DNA of 64,000 nucleotides, taken from NCBI GenBank assembly GCA_946965045.2, contig OX337228.1:3224001-3288000 (forward strand), given 5' to 3'. The translations under genes and the position numbers were made by a program. The DNA is from Epithemia pelagica (lineage: Eukaryota > Protista > Bacillariophyta). The notes under the pieces are model-generated. The model had not been told where the DNA came from. It was given only the letters and a program-made list of their open reading frames with translations, and ran no database searches. The first letter of the stretch is position 1, and each line of letters begins with the position of its first letter. Positions 12,184 through 23,716 of this stretch are shown piece after piece.

Positions 12184-12798
12184 ATTCGTTCAAAGAGTGC
12201 AAGGGTGCCGTATTTCAATTGATTGACTCCCATGCTTGAGGAGTCCAGTTACGGATTATTCAACTTAGGAAAGTCTAAATGATGTACTTCACCTGTTTGT
12301 TTATTTCTCTTGGGTTTTTGTTGAAATGTTGTTTGCCAGCCACCTGGACTTGATCCTTTCGTAATGAGAAGTTTAGGAGGAACTTCTGTGGTGTTGCAAT
12401 GTCTTTTTGACCAAGTTGGCTAAAGAACCCTCGTTTGGAAACACACAATCAGAGCAGGAGGCTCTGAGCTACCTTAGACATCTTCATGGTCATGGTGGGG
12501 TAGCAGATCGCACGAGAAGAATAATTCGTGTTCCATGTTCTTGTTCTTCGCATGTCTGAGTCGCTGACAGCTTGTCTCGAGAATCGACAATGTCAATATA
12601 CTAATAGAGTGTATTCTCGTCATTCGTACCAAGACGAGCAATAAGCAACAAGAACAAACCAAACCAAGGACCAAGAACGACATCATTCAGATTCAGGTCA
12701 GCTCCTCCAATTTTTCATATTCAAGACATCCATTACAGAGAAGCGGATCTGTTGAACAACGGCCACCAGCCATATCACAGTACAAACTCTTCGGAAAC

Positions 12799-13273
12799 AT
12801 GATGAAAAGAGTAATTACACTGTTTTATCTCGTAAACTTCGTCCAAGCATGGATCAATTCCAGGGTGAGAAGTGACGTTTGCCGGTCATCGGCTCTCTTC
12901 GCTTCAAAGCCCAAGGTTGAGGAGGGCGAGCAGACAAATCCTTGTTGGGAGGATCTTTACGACGACGATTGTGCCATGAGCAACGTGTACTCGGCAAGCT
13001 TTGTTGCTTCCGAGTGGATTAAGAGTATGCCATGTGCATCCGGCGTTGCGGTAAGCGGTGAAATATCAACATGACTTCTGACCTCGCTGTTTGTTGTGTC
13101 TCTAATCCAATTCGCCTCTCGGATTTCCCACTGTATAGGATTGTGACATTCCACAGGATTTGACTGTTCCGGAAACAAGACCAGAAGCTGGTGTTGAGCA
13201 AGTGGATGTAATGGACTTTCTTGGACTGAAAAGAGCGGAACCAGTTCAATTCCCCGATAATTTGGAGGAATGA
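12799..13273 (+). CDS. Small hypothetical plastid-targeted protein with Cys pairs; intron about 13051-13139
   Basis: Signal peptide + QAW motif; spliced product PCWEDLYDDDC...MPCASGVADCDIPQDL...MDFLGLKRAEP. Confidence 0.6.
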
Positions 13274-13491
13274 TCTAATGTCTAGTTACCTACAATCCTT
13301 GCAGATTTGCAGAACCTTGATTGTATATGGACAGCAGATATCAGGTCGACCAGATCTATCGTATACTTAGGACCGTTGATATTTTCTAGTGAAGGATTCC
13401 ACACGTATCTGCCATGAGATGAAAAAAAGCCCCTGATCAAACACATCAACATTATCGACTGCACCTTGAACGGCAAAAGCAACATTATTTT

Positions 13492-14055
13492 TCACATTCT
13501 CTTTTCAGGAGGCCCAGTTGGTGTTGGGAAGACCAGCATCACATCCGCTAACGGATTAGCATGGACTGTAACTCTCTTGATTACGGGTGGATCCACAGGA
13601 CAGTGTTCAAGTTTTTTCTTCGGTGCGCTAGATCCCAGGACCGGGAGTTTCTCCATTTTGTCGAGCACATCCCAACCATCCAACATACGCCCAAACACGG
13701 TGTGCAAATTATTGAGGTGTGGCTGAGGCTCGTAAAGGATGAAAAATTGTGATCGATTTGTGTTTGGTCCTTTGTTCGCCATGCTGAGCACACCCCTCTT
13801 GTCATGAATATTGTTAGGATGGAACTCGTCGGGAAACGGAATTGGTCCCCAGATTGATTCCCCGCCCTTGACACCTGTTTTCTCCTCTGTACTTCCTCCT
13901 TGAACCATAAAACCTTTTATATTCCTGTGAAACTTTGTGCCATCGTATGCCCCAGAAGCGCACAGAGCTAGAAAATTGAAGGCAGTCCGAGGGCATGTGT
14001 CGCAATAGATCTCCAACTTGAGGTCTCCAATCGTTGTGTGCAATGTTACAGACAT
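13492..14055 (-). CDS. PPIL3: Cyclophilin-type PPIase, PPIL3-like
   Basis: MSVTLHTTIGDLKLEIYC, FHRNIKGFMVQGG, RGVLSMANKGPNTNRSQFFI. Confidence 0.9.
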   Translation of the reverse strand: MSVTLHTTIGDLKLEIYCDTCPRTAFNFLALCASGAYDGTKFHRNIKGFMVQGGSTEEKTGVKGGESIWGPIPFPDEFHPNNIHDKRGVLSMANKGPNTNRSQFFILYEPQPHLNNLHTVFGRMLDGWDVLDKMEKLPVLGSSAPKKKLEHCPVDPPVIKRVTVHANPLADVMLVFPTPTGPPEKRM

Positions 14056-14343
14056 CTTGCCCTTTCAATGTTCGTCTCTTTGGTTCGAAGTCAACCTGAA
14101 ATGGTTTCTCGCTCTTGCAGAGAAGGCTCTGTTCGTTGTCGGAGTTGGGTGTTTGGCGATGTCCCCCAAATTCGGTGGGTCGCTGAATGCCGAGCCCCCC
14201 AATGAACGGTCGCGCGCGGTCGCTAGTTAAAGAGCAAATTCTATGCACCTCCAGAGCTACCTAGCCTTTCGCTGTTGCTTTAGATTTTCTCAAATCGGCT
14301 TCTATGTCGTAGAATGATCACCAATACGCTCTGGGAAATCAAG

Positions 14344-15058
14344 TTATGAATCTTCTGGAAATGCTAACATCTCTGACTGGTGGAGCAAGCAGAACCGGCA
14401 AGCTGCAGCGCAGTGAGGAATCATAAATTGTCGATTTGACTCACATTCACCTGAACAAAAAGATGCCGTCGAAATCAGACATGAGGCTCCTGAGGACTTG
14501 AAAAGCTGAACACGACGACCAACTTACCTACGGAGGCCCAAAATGCACAGAGCTCGTAGTAATTCAAACTGAGACACGATCACAGAGATAAGAGTTGTAC
14601 ATCAAGACCCAGCTTCGATACAAAACCATTAGTAGGACTTACCACTTATCGCGAATTCCTTCGTAAACAGGTCTTGTCATAACCTCACCATAGAAATAAT
14701 CTATCATTCTTGCGATAATATCTTGTATTGCTTCTTGTTCGGCTTCAGTTCCGTCGACACGTTGAACGACACCCATATTGTAATGCTCATCTAACCCGGG
14801 CACCCTCCCTTCGTCAAATTGTCGACGCGCTCGGACAGGGTCATCAATGCATTGGTATTCACCAAGCCCGTTATCCATGCATGACCGGAAGTTTGATGAT
14901 ATATCAGGAAGGCCAACGAAAACGCTGCATCCGTTAATAACGACCTCCTGCGTCTCGTCGCCTCTTTTCCCGATGGCACTGTCGGCCGCCGTGGCAACGA
15001 TCTGAAAGAGAAAGATCAACAAAATAATGACGCTTGTGCGACGAGCTGACATTCTCAT
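14344..15058 (-). CDS. Secreted protein with a C-terminal ShKT-like Cys domain; three exons
   Basis: Signal peptide; spliced C-terminus CLNYYELCAFWASVGECESNRQFMIPHCAAACRFC has six Cys in ShKT spacing. Confidence 0.7.
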
Positions 15059-15346
15059 TGTGCGATGGTACTCGTATTCGTAAGAGCAAGAAGGGAAAGC
15101 TGAGGCTGCAGTGAAGCCTTGACAACGTCGCAAATAAGTCTTTCGAGAAAATGGGGGTCACAAAACTTATAAAGGGGGTACAGTATCAAAAATTCTTCGG
15201 GTCGTCACAAATTCTGTGCGGCCAATAGAATGGAATGGCACTAAAGATTGTTCAGAGAATGAAGCAGGTCACGTCGTTGTTCTAACAAGGTCAATACGAC
15301 AAATTGAGACGTACATCTGCCCCCAATGAACTTTTAAGTGCAGCCG

Positions 15347-16129
15347 CTACGCTATTGGAACAAGGACATTAATATCTCGCTTCAAGATAGCTCTCAACTG
15401 CTTCCTTGATCGCGAAGACAACCGCATTGTCTTACTGTGTGATCTCTTGAGACCCATCTTCCGATCCCAATCGTGGATGTCTTGCTGACTCTTCTGGCTC
15501 TTTTCCATGGCACTGGTGAAGTCTTGCATCGCTCGTTTCAGTTCCAACGGATCTGTTGCGACGGAACCCAATCGTGGGGGTTCGACGCATTCACACGACC
15601 AGCTGTAGTCATCTTCTGAATCAGTTTCCTGGTCCTGGCTATCGTAACCTTCGTTTCCCCAGGACACGATTGATCCTGTCTCTCGCATATCTGTTTTTTC
15701 GAACGCCTCTTCCGACAGAAATCCATACATCGTCATGCTCAATCGTCGCTTTTTCCATACAGGAACATCAATGGGTATCTGGTTTATCTTTTTGAGCGAA
15801 AGAGTGGAATGCCCACAAGTGTCGAGCACGTTAGAACCCAGCGTACTATCGGTGTTCAAGCTGGGAACAAGGCCATCATCGGCGGTCATACTCAGGGAAA
15901 GTCTCTTTGGAGTTATTTTGTCATGACTTGATGAGAACTGGTTGGCAGTCTGTATCGACGTTCTTCTTGGAAACCAGTTCAATGAACGCGACGACGACGT
16001 CGATTTCGACAACTTGTCGTCGGCTGGGGCCGATTTCCCGCCGTCTTCCTTTTCAGTCTTGAGTTGAATAAGAAGCTGTCGTTGGGACGACAGCAACGAA
16101 AGGAAAGTCTCATCATGATACTTGTTCAT
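15347..16129 (-). CDS. Hypothetical protein (low-complexity, conserved-looking C-terminal motif)
   Basis: Long ORF; the C-terminal QDIHDWDRKMGLKRSHSKTMRLSSRSRKQL motif resembles diatom hypothetical proteins. Confidence 0.6.
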   Translation of the reverse strand: MNKYHDETFLSLLSSQRQLLIQLKTEKEDGGKSAPADDKLSKSTSSSRSLNWFPRRTSIQTANQFSSSHDKITPKRLSLSMTADDGLVPSLNTDSTLGSNVLDTCGHSTLSLKKINQIPIDVPVWKKRRLSMTMYGFLSEEAFEKTDMRETGSIVSWGNEGYDSQDQETDSEDDYSWSCECVEPPRLGSVATDPLELKRAMQDFTSAMEKSQKSQQDIHDWDRKMGLKRSHSKTMRLSSRSRKQLRAILKRDINVLVPIA

Positions 16130-17079
16130 TGTGAAAAAGTCAGGATGCAAGCTCCAGGGAATTGTGGTTCGTGAGCTTTTGGAGATGCGGTGAGATGGAG
16201 GAGCAATGGCGTTTTTGCGTCGACCAAACAGTCTTCAGAACTGGGAGCGGAAAGATCCAAGGTCACTGGAACTGGTGATGCTTTTCCCGAACCTGACGGA
16301 CCTTCCTCCAAACTCAACTCTGTGGTCGAATGTCGTTTCTGTCTTGTTTTGCGGATTTTAGTTTTGTGTGGATCTTTACCCTATCTCGGGGCAATACAAA
16401 CGATCCTTGCCACCTTTCTTGGATTGCTCTTGTCCCTTGTATCCCAGCCAAGTTGCGTATGCAGTTTTAATACACTGTCTAAATTTCTGATTTTTATAGT
16501 TTTGTACCCGTACTCAAATTTTTTTGCTTTTGGTCTTGATGGTAGCTTGATACTGGTTAGGAGTGTGAGCGAGATACTTTTCCTTAGACCAGCCCCCTAC
16601 AGCAGAGACTCAATATTTCAACCCCTACCAGTACTCATTTTAAACTGTATATCTGTATGGGCCGAATGCGACGGTTGATGGGACGGGACTCGTCGGAGTC
16701 CTTAGTCGGGCTCGCGTGACGAACCGCGTGAGTCGCCGTGACGGGCATGCTCGTATCTCGTATTGTTCATCACGGTTGACTCCCGAATATGATAGTGCGA
16801 GGTATCTGTGAGGTAGAGAGACCAGGGACCCAGAAGGAGTTCGATAAAATAGCAGCAACAAGCGCCACTCACTAGCCATTGAGGAGTCGCCATAGCACGA
16901 CTTTAATCTGATACCGCCACAACATTGGATCTCGCGAGTGCCTTGCATCAACGACACCAGTGCTTGATCTGACTTTCTTCTCCGGAAAACAAGCCTTCAG
17001 GTCGCATCCGTTGATTCGGGAAAGGGCAACAGTTGACGGTTTCAGGAACGGGTTTGACGCTACCCATTACATTCTGGAA

Positions 17080-19002
17080 ATGAACAACCAACAACTTATT
17101 CAGCAAATGCCGGTTGAAGAGGAGGATGAGGACCATCGAGCGAATGATGAAGAAGAAGAGGACGAGGACGATAATGACCGTATGGAGGAGGAAGACGAGG
17201 AAGAAGAAGCTGCAAATCCCGGGGAAGAAGGAGTCTTAGAAGGTGGGGTGGCAGAAGGAGACGAAAGTAGAACGCTTGCGTCTGAAGCGGATATTGTTCT
17301 CTATTTCTTGTGCATAGAGAATTTTAGGGATCACCCGGACCATCCTATTCTTCGACCTGGTGTCAAAGTCCGAATTGGACTTGGCAAAAATACGCGATTG
17401 TCGGCGGTAATGCAGCGGTATGTTGAAGTGTGCAATCAAATCCGACCGGATCCTGATGGTACGACAATCAGGTCCTTCTCTGGAGTGGAACTTTCGGACC
17501 TGGAATTTGCCCATGCATCTCTTCTACGAAACTCAGACACTGCGGAGCAAGGTGCATTGATGAAAGACGACGTTGTTAGGGTGCGTCAGAATCGTTGTGA
17601 TCAAGTTGAACAAGAACGTGAAGCAACGCGGCTACAACGTGAATCGGACCTTGTGTTTCTAGACGCTATGAGGGAAATGTGTTTCAAACCTTCTCTTGCA
17701 AACGTTGTACTTGATTGCCAAGGAACTCTGGTCACGACGAAAAACACCGTCCTCAGTGCTCCCAGAGCATCAACCCTGCTCCGGTGTGATGCCGCGTTGG
17801 TGTCAAGGCGTTGTCCGTGGCTCGGTCGCTTGATTGAAGGCGCAGTGGCTGTTTATTCTTCTTCCGTTCCTCTTGAAGAACGCCCCAAATCCGTTGTTAG
17901 CACACCGGAACCTTTGACTGATCGAGGATCCCCACCGCCTTCTCTTGATCATGGAGGTGCAGAGACGGTAGTTAATGGATCTCAACGAGTTCAGGACGAG
18001 AGTGTCCATGATGAGGATGACATTGATGATCATCCGATTCAGGTATTGAATGTATCTCCGCGAGCCCGTAATCAAGATCTCTTGCCGCACAATGAAGAGG
18101 CAGCGATATCCGCCGCCCAGATTGAATGCGATGACGAATCTCAAGGTGAACAAACCGATTTTGATTCAGCAGCAAAATACCACGTGACGATACCGAACCA
18201 CGCTCCAGAGCCTATGGAACTTCTTTTGGAGTATTGTTATACACATCGTGTTGTGGGTCTGGGAAACGAAGCTTTCCGGGCGGCGGCTCGAACGAAACTT
18301 GTTCCGCGTGATGGGAAAGGCAACGTACCTCCTCAGGGATCCAAAAGATGGGTAAATCGTGGTGAACCGTCGGTGCCTTTCGACGTTGCCGCAGCAGGAA
18401 TCACATTGGCAGAGGAAGCTTCAATGCCTCGTTTGTCACTCATGTGTGAAGTCGCCGCTTCCATGTTGGTGGCTCCCCACAACGTCATCGAAGCGCTTTC
18501 ATTGTGTCAACGAACTCAAGATCAATGGGGAAATCCTCTGCCACGGCTGAGGCGTGCTTCAATGGAAGTTGTTTTCCATTCGAAACCATTCGGAATTGTT
18601 TATGATAGGATTTACAACAACCTTGCTTTCAAAGAAGCAGTCCAAGAACGAGCATCACTTCTTGTACCTGCCTTATTCACTGGAACTGCAGATGCTGTAG
18701 AGGAGTGTTTGGGCAAAAAACGGCACCACAGCTATCGGGAAAGAGACTGGAAGGTGCCTCTATTCGATCGTTGTCGACGACACGATCAAGAAGACAAACT
18801 CAAGCGTGCTAAGGAACGGTCACGGAGCAAGAATCATCGGGACAACAGTCGAGGATCGGATGAGTATCCATTGATTGTCGATGAACTTGATGCAATGGGA
18901 AACGATGTGGCGTCACGAAAGTGCATGAAAAGACTAAGGGCTCACTCCGTTCGGAGCTCTTTACGGCGAGCGGAAAAACGAGAACGACGTGGCTCTCATT
19001 AG
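17080..19002 (+). CDS. BTB/POZ-domain protein with an acidic N-terminus and a possible SUMO/ubiquitin-like domain
   Basis: ANVVLDCQG...LLRCDAALVSRRCPWLGRLI and HAPEPMELLLEYCYT...LSLMCE are BTB-like; about 640-aa ORF. Confidence 0.6.
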   Translation: MNNQQLIQQMPVEEEDEDHRANDEEEEDEDDNDRMEEEDEEEEAANPGEEGVLEGGVAEGDESRTLASEADIVLYFLCIENFRDHPDHPILRPGVKVRIGLGKNTRLSAVMQRYVEVCNQIRPDPDGTTIRSFSGVELSDLEFAHASLLRNSDTAEQGALMKDDVVRVRQNRCDQVEQEREATRLQRESDLVFLDAMREMCFKPSLANVVLDCQGTLVTTKNTVLSAPRASTLLRCDAALVSRRCPWLGRLIEGAVAVYSSSVPLEERPKSVVSTPEPLTDRGSPPPSLDHGGAETVVNGSQRVQDESVHDEDDIDDHPIQVLNVSPRARNQDLLPHNEEAAISAAQIECDDESQGEQTDFDSAAKYHVTIPNHAPEPMELLLEYCYTHRVVGLGNEAFRAAARTKLVPRDGKGNVPPQGSKRWVNRGEPSVPFDVAAAGITLAEEASMPRLSLMCEVAASMLVAPHNVIEALSLCQRTQDQWGNPLPRLRRASMEVVFHSKPFGIVYDRIYNNLAFKEAVQERASLLVPALFTGTADAVEECLGKKRHHSYRERDWKVPLFDRCRRHDQEDKLKRAKERSRSKNHRDNSRGSDEYPLIVDELDAMGNDVASRKCMKRLRAHSVRSSLRRAEKRERRGSH

Positions 19003-19213
19003 TGCCGAAAGTTTGAGATGTTGGGACTCTTGTTATTGACGAGTCTGCTTTCCAGTGATATCAACGTGGGATTTCTAATCATTGAAATAAGACTGGCGGC
19101 ATCGCAGCCGTGATACTCTCTTAGTACAGCATTTCCCTTATCAATACTGAGCTAGTTGACCTGTTAAGCATTGATAAGTTACGGGTCTGTTCTTAAACGA
19201 TTAGCCGGTTCCT

Positions 19214-21193
19214 CTATTGAAACGAAGTCGGCTGCATCGCGTCATGAATTTGCTCTATAGTCATACTTTCGCATTCTTTGAGGATAGTATCAGATTCAGT
19301 CAAAGCCCCAAGATACCGCTCGGCACTAAACTGGACCCCTGGTCTTCCTCTTAGTAGAACTGGAGCGCTTAGTCTGAACGCACTATTTGTTGTTGCAACA
19401 ACTCGATGAACAGATGCCATGATCTCATTTCTGCAAAACAACTGCAGCAGCTCACCGGCCATGAATACAACATATCGCGCATGCCATGGTGTGTCTCCAG
19501 TCCCAGTTTTGTCTGTCCAGTCATCTGAATCATGCCCTTGGGACGCCTGTTCTATCACCCAATGTTGTCGAGCCGCTACTTCTGGTCGATACCATTCACC
19601 AGCACCTTCATCGTAAACCTCCAGCCCAGAGACCGATGCAACCGGCACGGCCGTGACAAACGTAGAATCTGTGTGAGCTCCAAAAATCTCTCTGGTATTA
19701 TCGTAGAGATCTTGGGTTTTATTTTTAGCTGCTTGATTGTTGGAGTAGCGGCACAGTCGGTGGGGACTCATACTGACACTCCCCTCAATGAAGGGAAATC
19801 CGGCCGGAAGTGATGCTGCTACAGATTCGCCATCATCGAGAACTTCATTTGCCAACAGAATGGCGGCTTGGGACGCATCGGCTCCAGACAGAGCACCTGT
19901 TTCTCTTGTACTCGCCCCAACAGCTATACGAACAATGTCTTTTCCAACATCGGAAATAATCTTAAATGATTGTTGGAGTGCTTTGCATCCCTCCACCGAG
20001 AGGACCGATTGAGCTTCCTCAGGGAACAAACGACCTTGCCTATCCAACCGCGTCTCTAGAAATTGCATGTCTCCATCGTGGTAACTTGCAAAGCCTACTT
20101 TCGCATGGGGTGAACCCGCTTCTTTCGCGATTGTTTTCATGGGCGGAATTTCAGACGTTCTCAAATCGAGTGGCTTTCCGAAGAAGTCTTCCGCTGTCGA
20201 CCACATTGAAGCGACCGTCTGCGCTTTCTCAAAATTACTCCCACCGTCAGTCAAGTCGACAATCAGACAGCCGTGATTGGCAAGGCCATCCATGACGTGC
20301 ATCAAAATATTTTCTTTTTCAGTGCCATCGGCATCTCTGGATTCACGTGTCAACTCAGAAGCTTTCACTACATGATATCCTCGTTGTTCCGGTATACCTG
20401 CAAAGGCATCCGACTCCGCAACTGCCTCCCGCGGAGTCATTTCTGTCCGTCTTATATTCTCGTCTGCCATTTCTTTCAGGGTATTGATATTTTCATCCGG
20501 AAGATGCATGCCAGCTGATTTTGCTTGCTCCCTTAGTTCACCGTCGGGATCCAAGGCTTGAAGAAGTTCGCCCAATGATAACTCCTTCATCTTAGCAGGT
20601 ACTTGGCGTGCTACAAAGTCAAAACCCCGACCTGGAGCCCACTCGTCCACTGCCTCTTCCCATGAATCATAAAGATTACCTGAAATGGGCAAGCCATCTT
20701 CGTCCAAAAGCCTTATAGAGTCGATATCTGCCCACATACCTTCATCTTCTTCATCACTTGATAGAACCAATTCCAGTCCATTCCGTTTCAGTGCCGCTTT
20801 TACGGCTTCTTTCGCTGTTGCATCCATTGTAAAGATGAGAAAACCTCGTTTAACCTCCATCGAAGCGCCTTGAATGAGAGATGACCTCGCTTCAATTGCT
20901 TCAAACATACGTTTCGACAATGACCCTGTCTGGTAGCTCTGCCCCGATATTCCCAAGTCATAATCGATAACTGTTTTGGGATCGACTTTGGATGACTCGT
21001 CGGTATCCACTGGAAAACTGCGTTCAATCCAGTTCGGTCCACTTCCAACCTCTCCGGTGCCACTGGCCCTCAGTGCGCACGGTAAGTTTGGTCTTCTCTG
21101 CCGTGCTGCGTGCCCAGGGTGTCGGAAGATGAGAGCAAGCGTCTCACAGGGAATCAAAAGAAAGAATAAAAGAAAGAATACGGTGGGCATCAT
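19214..21193 (-). CDS. Plastid-targeted protein with a C-terminal 2OG-Fe(II) oxygenase domain
   Basis: Signal peptide; GAHTDSTF (HxD), SVHRVV (distal H) and RLSAP (RxS) motifs. Confidence 0.7.
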   Translation of the reverse strand: MMPTVFFLLFFLLIPCETLALIFRHPGHAARQRRPNLPCALRASGTGEVGSGPNWIERSFPVDTDESSKVDPKTVIDYDLGISGQSYQTGSLSKRMFEAIEARSSLIQGASMEVKRGFLIFTMDATAKEAVKAALKRNGLELVLSSDEEDEGMWADIDSIRLLDEDGLPISGNLYDSWEEAVDEWAPGRGFDFVARQVPAKMKELSLGELLQALDPDGELREQAKSAGMHLPDENINTLKEMADENIRRTEMTPREAVAESDAFAGIPEQRGYHVVKASELTRESRDADGTEKENILMHVMDGLANHGCLIVDLTDGGSNFEKAQTVASMWSTAEDFFGKPLDLRTSEIPPMKTIAKEAGSPHAKVGFASYHDGDMQFLETRLDRQGRLFPEEAQSVLSVEGCKALQQSFKIISDVGKDIVRIAVGASTRETGALSGADASQAAILLANEVLDDGESVAASLPAGFPFIEGSVSMSPHRLCRYSNNQAAKNKTQDLYDNTREIFGAHTDSTFVTAVPVASVSGLEVYDEGAGEWYRPEVAARQHWVIEQASQGHDSDDWTDKTGTGDTPWHARYVVFMAGELLQLFCRNEIMASVHRVVATTNSAFRLSAPVLLRGRPGVQFSAERYLGALTESDTILKECESMTIEQIHDAMQPTSFQ

Positions 21194-21606
21194 ATCGACA
21201 TTTCTTCTGCTACAACCGTCACAGGTCTCAACTCTGTGTCACATGCGAAAAGAAAAAAGATCCATGTGGATCTTGTGGTATGATGGCCATGCCCCCACTA
21301 CTTACGCTCCTCCCCCCCCGCCCGCACAGAACGCGTGCCCTCTGTCGGCCGGCATACTTGCACTCGCTGTCGTGCAATGCGAGCCGTCCATCTCGCTCCA
21401 TCTTCCATCCGCGCCACAAATGAACATGACATCATCGTCCCAAAACATCCCGTTCCATGTTCCATTACCACGTTCTCTTTTCAGGCAATAGAGATTTCCC
21501 TCTTTGTGCTATCTGATCTCGCCATCATATTATATTCTGTTCAGGATCGACCCCTTCACAGAGAACAATGCCTCTACCTCGCTGTAGAATACAACGAAAG
21601 ACCTCG

Positions 21607-22587
21607 ATGACAATCAAAGCCATTCTTGTTGCCTTGGTGTTTGATCATCAGCAATGTTTCGTCTCTGGAGACTATTATAGCAACAAGCCAACAATATCGC
21701 GTGGTGGTGTCCACCGCCTCATCATGAGTGACGGTTTATTCAGATATCGCGGAGGTCGTCAAATTCTTGGAAGCGCAAATAGCGAGCGATACGACCCGCA
21801 GGAGGACGACAATCACATGACGGACGAAATGGACGAATATGACGACTCCGATGATGATGACGATTACTATGAGGTGCAACAGCAATATGAAGCAAACCAG
21901 AAGCGAAAAGGCTCGATTCTTTCGTCTCCATTTCTTGATCATTTTCAAGAAGAAGTTCATGGCCTTGTGAGCGACTATCGTAGCGACGTTCGCAAGACCT
22001 TTCGCGAATTAAGGGAAAGTATTTCCCATGTCGACTCGTCCATGAAAAACCAAGTCGATGACACCGACGTCGATGACAGAATTCACCCCACTCCGATGAG
22101 CTCCCCGGCCTCTCATCAAGCAGACACATCCACACTCGAAAGTGAAAGTTTGATGAATAAGAAAAAAATGCGACCAGGCGGCAAATCACAGGATCAATAC
22201 CCAAACGATTCTCCTGAGGTACAAAATGATTTGCCGTCCACATACACTTCACAAAAAAGTGATCAGGTACATAGAGAGGAACATACTCCCAAAAGAAGTG
22301 CGACAGACGCAAATACGCAAACTCCACCACGGCGACGAAGACGCAAACGGACGAAGACTTCAAAGATTCAAAATACTTCCACACAGGACGACAGATTCGT
22401 CTTAGCACCGGATGAAATTATGTATGCTCAAAGATATGACGACAGAGACTCTTCCTCCTTTCTCGGCGTGAGGAATAAGAAAGTAGGAGTAGCCTGGAAG
22501 TCACTTGCGACGCCAGGTTCTTTGGTCGCAATTGTGTTGCTTATCAATCTTGCATACATCATCATGGAAAAGGTTGGTTTCTCCTAG
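21607..22587 (+). CDS. Hypothetical protein with an N-terminal signal and a C-terminal TM anchor
   Basis: About 326-aa ORF with a hydrophobic N-terminus, acidic/basic low-complexity middle and terminal TM (SLVAIVLLINLAYII). Confidence 0.5.
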   Translation: MTIKAILVALVFDHQQCFVSGDYYSNKPTISRGGVHRLIMSDGLFRYRGGRQILGSANSERYDPQEDDNHMTDEMDEYDDSDDDDDYYEVQQQYEANQKRKGSILSSPFLDHFQEEVHGLVSDYRSDVRKTFRELRESISHVDSSMKNQVDDTDVDDRIHPTPMSSPASHQADTSTLESESLMNKKKMRPGGKSQDQYPNDSPEVQNDLPSTYTSQKSDQVHREEHTPKRSATDANTQTPPRRRRRKRTKTSKIQNTSTQDDRFVLAPDEIMYAQRYDDRDSSSFLGVRNKKVGVAWKSLATPGSLVAIVLLINLAYIIMEKVGFS

Positions 22588-22857
22588 TAATCATCGATTA
22601 TGAGAGGCCCTAAGATGACGTATCAAAGTGCGCAACAATCAGCGCGCGTCCAGCTTTTGCTTTTTGAGGTGCTTATCCGGATGGCTCAAAGACGGCAACA
22701 CTTGTTGTTGAAGGTAGGAGAACAGCAAATATGTGCCCTCTCCCATCCCTGTATATTGGGAGTTGGGAATTGTGTTCGTTGCATTTGACGAATCGGGGTT
22801 TCCAGTCTCTCCTTTTGGGCTTACGTATGGTAGGTTGACCGCTTCTAACACTATCAA

Positions 22858-23316
22858 TTAGTCAGCATCTTGCCTGTCGTCTGTTTCCTCTGTAGATCCT
22901 CTCTTGCGATAAGTCGAAATGGCTTCCAAAAGCTCAGATTGCTGTTTCTCTGGCATCCTGCTGTGTAGGTCTTCAATGAGAAGGTGGATTTCAACAGGTT
23001 CTGTTGGCATAAAATTAAGAATTTGAACAGCTTCGCTTTCCGTAAGCCCAAATCCAGTAGATTTATGGGAATCAACTGAAAACATGTGTTTCTTTTGGCT
23101 TTGGAGCATTCGCTTGAGATCATCGTACTTGGTTCCATCCAGCTTGGAACAAGGCGTGGACTTTAGGTAGTTGGCCACTTCGCTCTCCACCCAATCGCGG
23201 TGTTGGAACATTTTCTTTGAGCCACTCTTCTTGCGCTTCTTCAATCGGCTCTGAAGGATACGAATCACCTCAACATTGCTGATCAAGGTACAGTCTTCGT
23301 CCGACGAACTCATCAT
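22858..23316 (-). CDS. RPC9: RNA polymerase III subunit RPC9/C17 (Rpb4 family)
   Basis: LISNVEVIRIL...VANYLKSTPC...LTESEAVQILNFMPTEPVEIHLLIED. Confidence 0.75.
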   Translation of the reverse strand: MMSSSDEDCTLISNVEVIRILQSRLKKRKKSGSKKMFQHRDWVESEVANYLKSTPCSKLDGTKYDDLKRMLQSQKKHMFSVDSHKSTGFGLTESEAVQILNFMPTEPVEIHLLIEDLHSRMPEKQQSELLEAISTYRKRGSTEETDDRQDAD

Positions 23317-23607
23317 GTTTTTTTGTTGTGTCTTGCGTCTTGTGCGTCCACAAAAGCGATGCGGAGAGAAAAACTACTCCTAGGACAATCTGTAAGAAAA
23401 ATACTCCTAGCAAACATGCTAGGAGAGGTGTAACCTTAGTAGGAGTAGCAACTTTCGGACTCAATCTATTCTGAAGAGCGGAACAAAATGTGGCACCTCC
23501 AAAGAAATAGATGTTGTTCCTTGTTCGATTGGCTAAGTTTCAAATGTCCGGATAAAGATGATGTTTGAATTGTTCATCTTGTTTAATTTATTTGTACCAA
23601 CCCTTTG

Positions 23608-23701
23608 AATCAGCTGAAGCGAATACTTTATACTTGCATGAGTCCAACAATCGAAATCAGCTGAAGCGAATACTTTATACTTGCATGAGTCCAACAACCG
23701 A
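23608..23701. repeat. 47-bp tandem duplication
   Basis: AATCAGCTGAAGCGAATACTTTATACTTGCATGAGTCCAACAA occurs at 23608 and 23655. Confidence 0.95.
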
Positions 23702-23716
23702 ATACATGCCATGGTA

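Noticed and set aside
16190-16957. ORFs of 162 aa and 105 aa between divergent genes
   Set aside because: They have no protein-like features and lie in a probable bidirectional promoter/UTR region.
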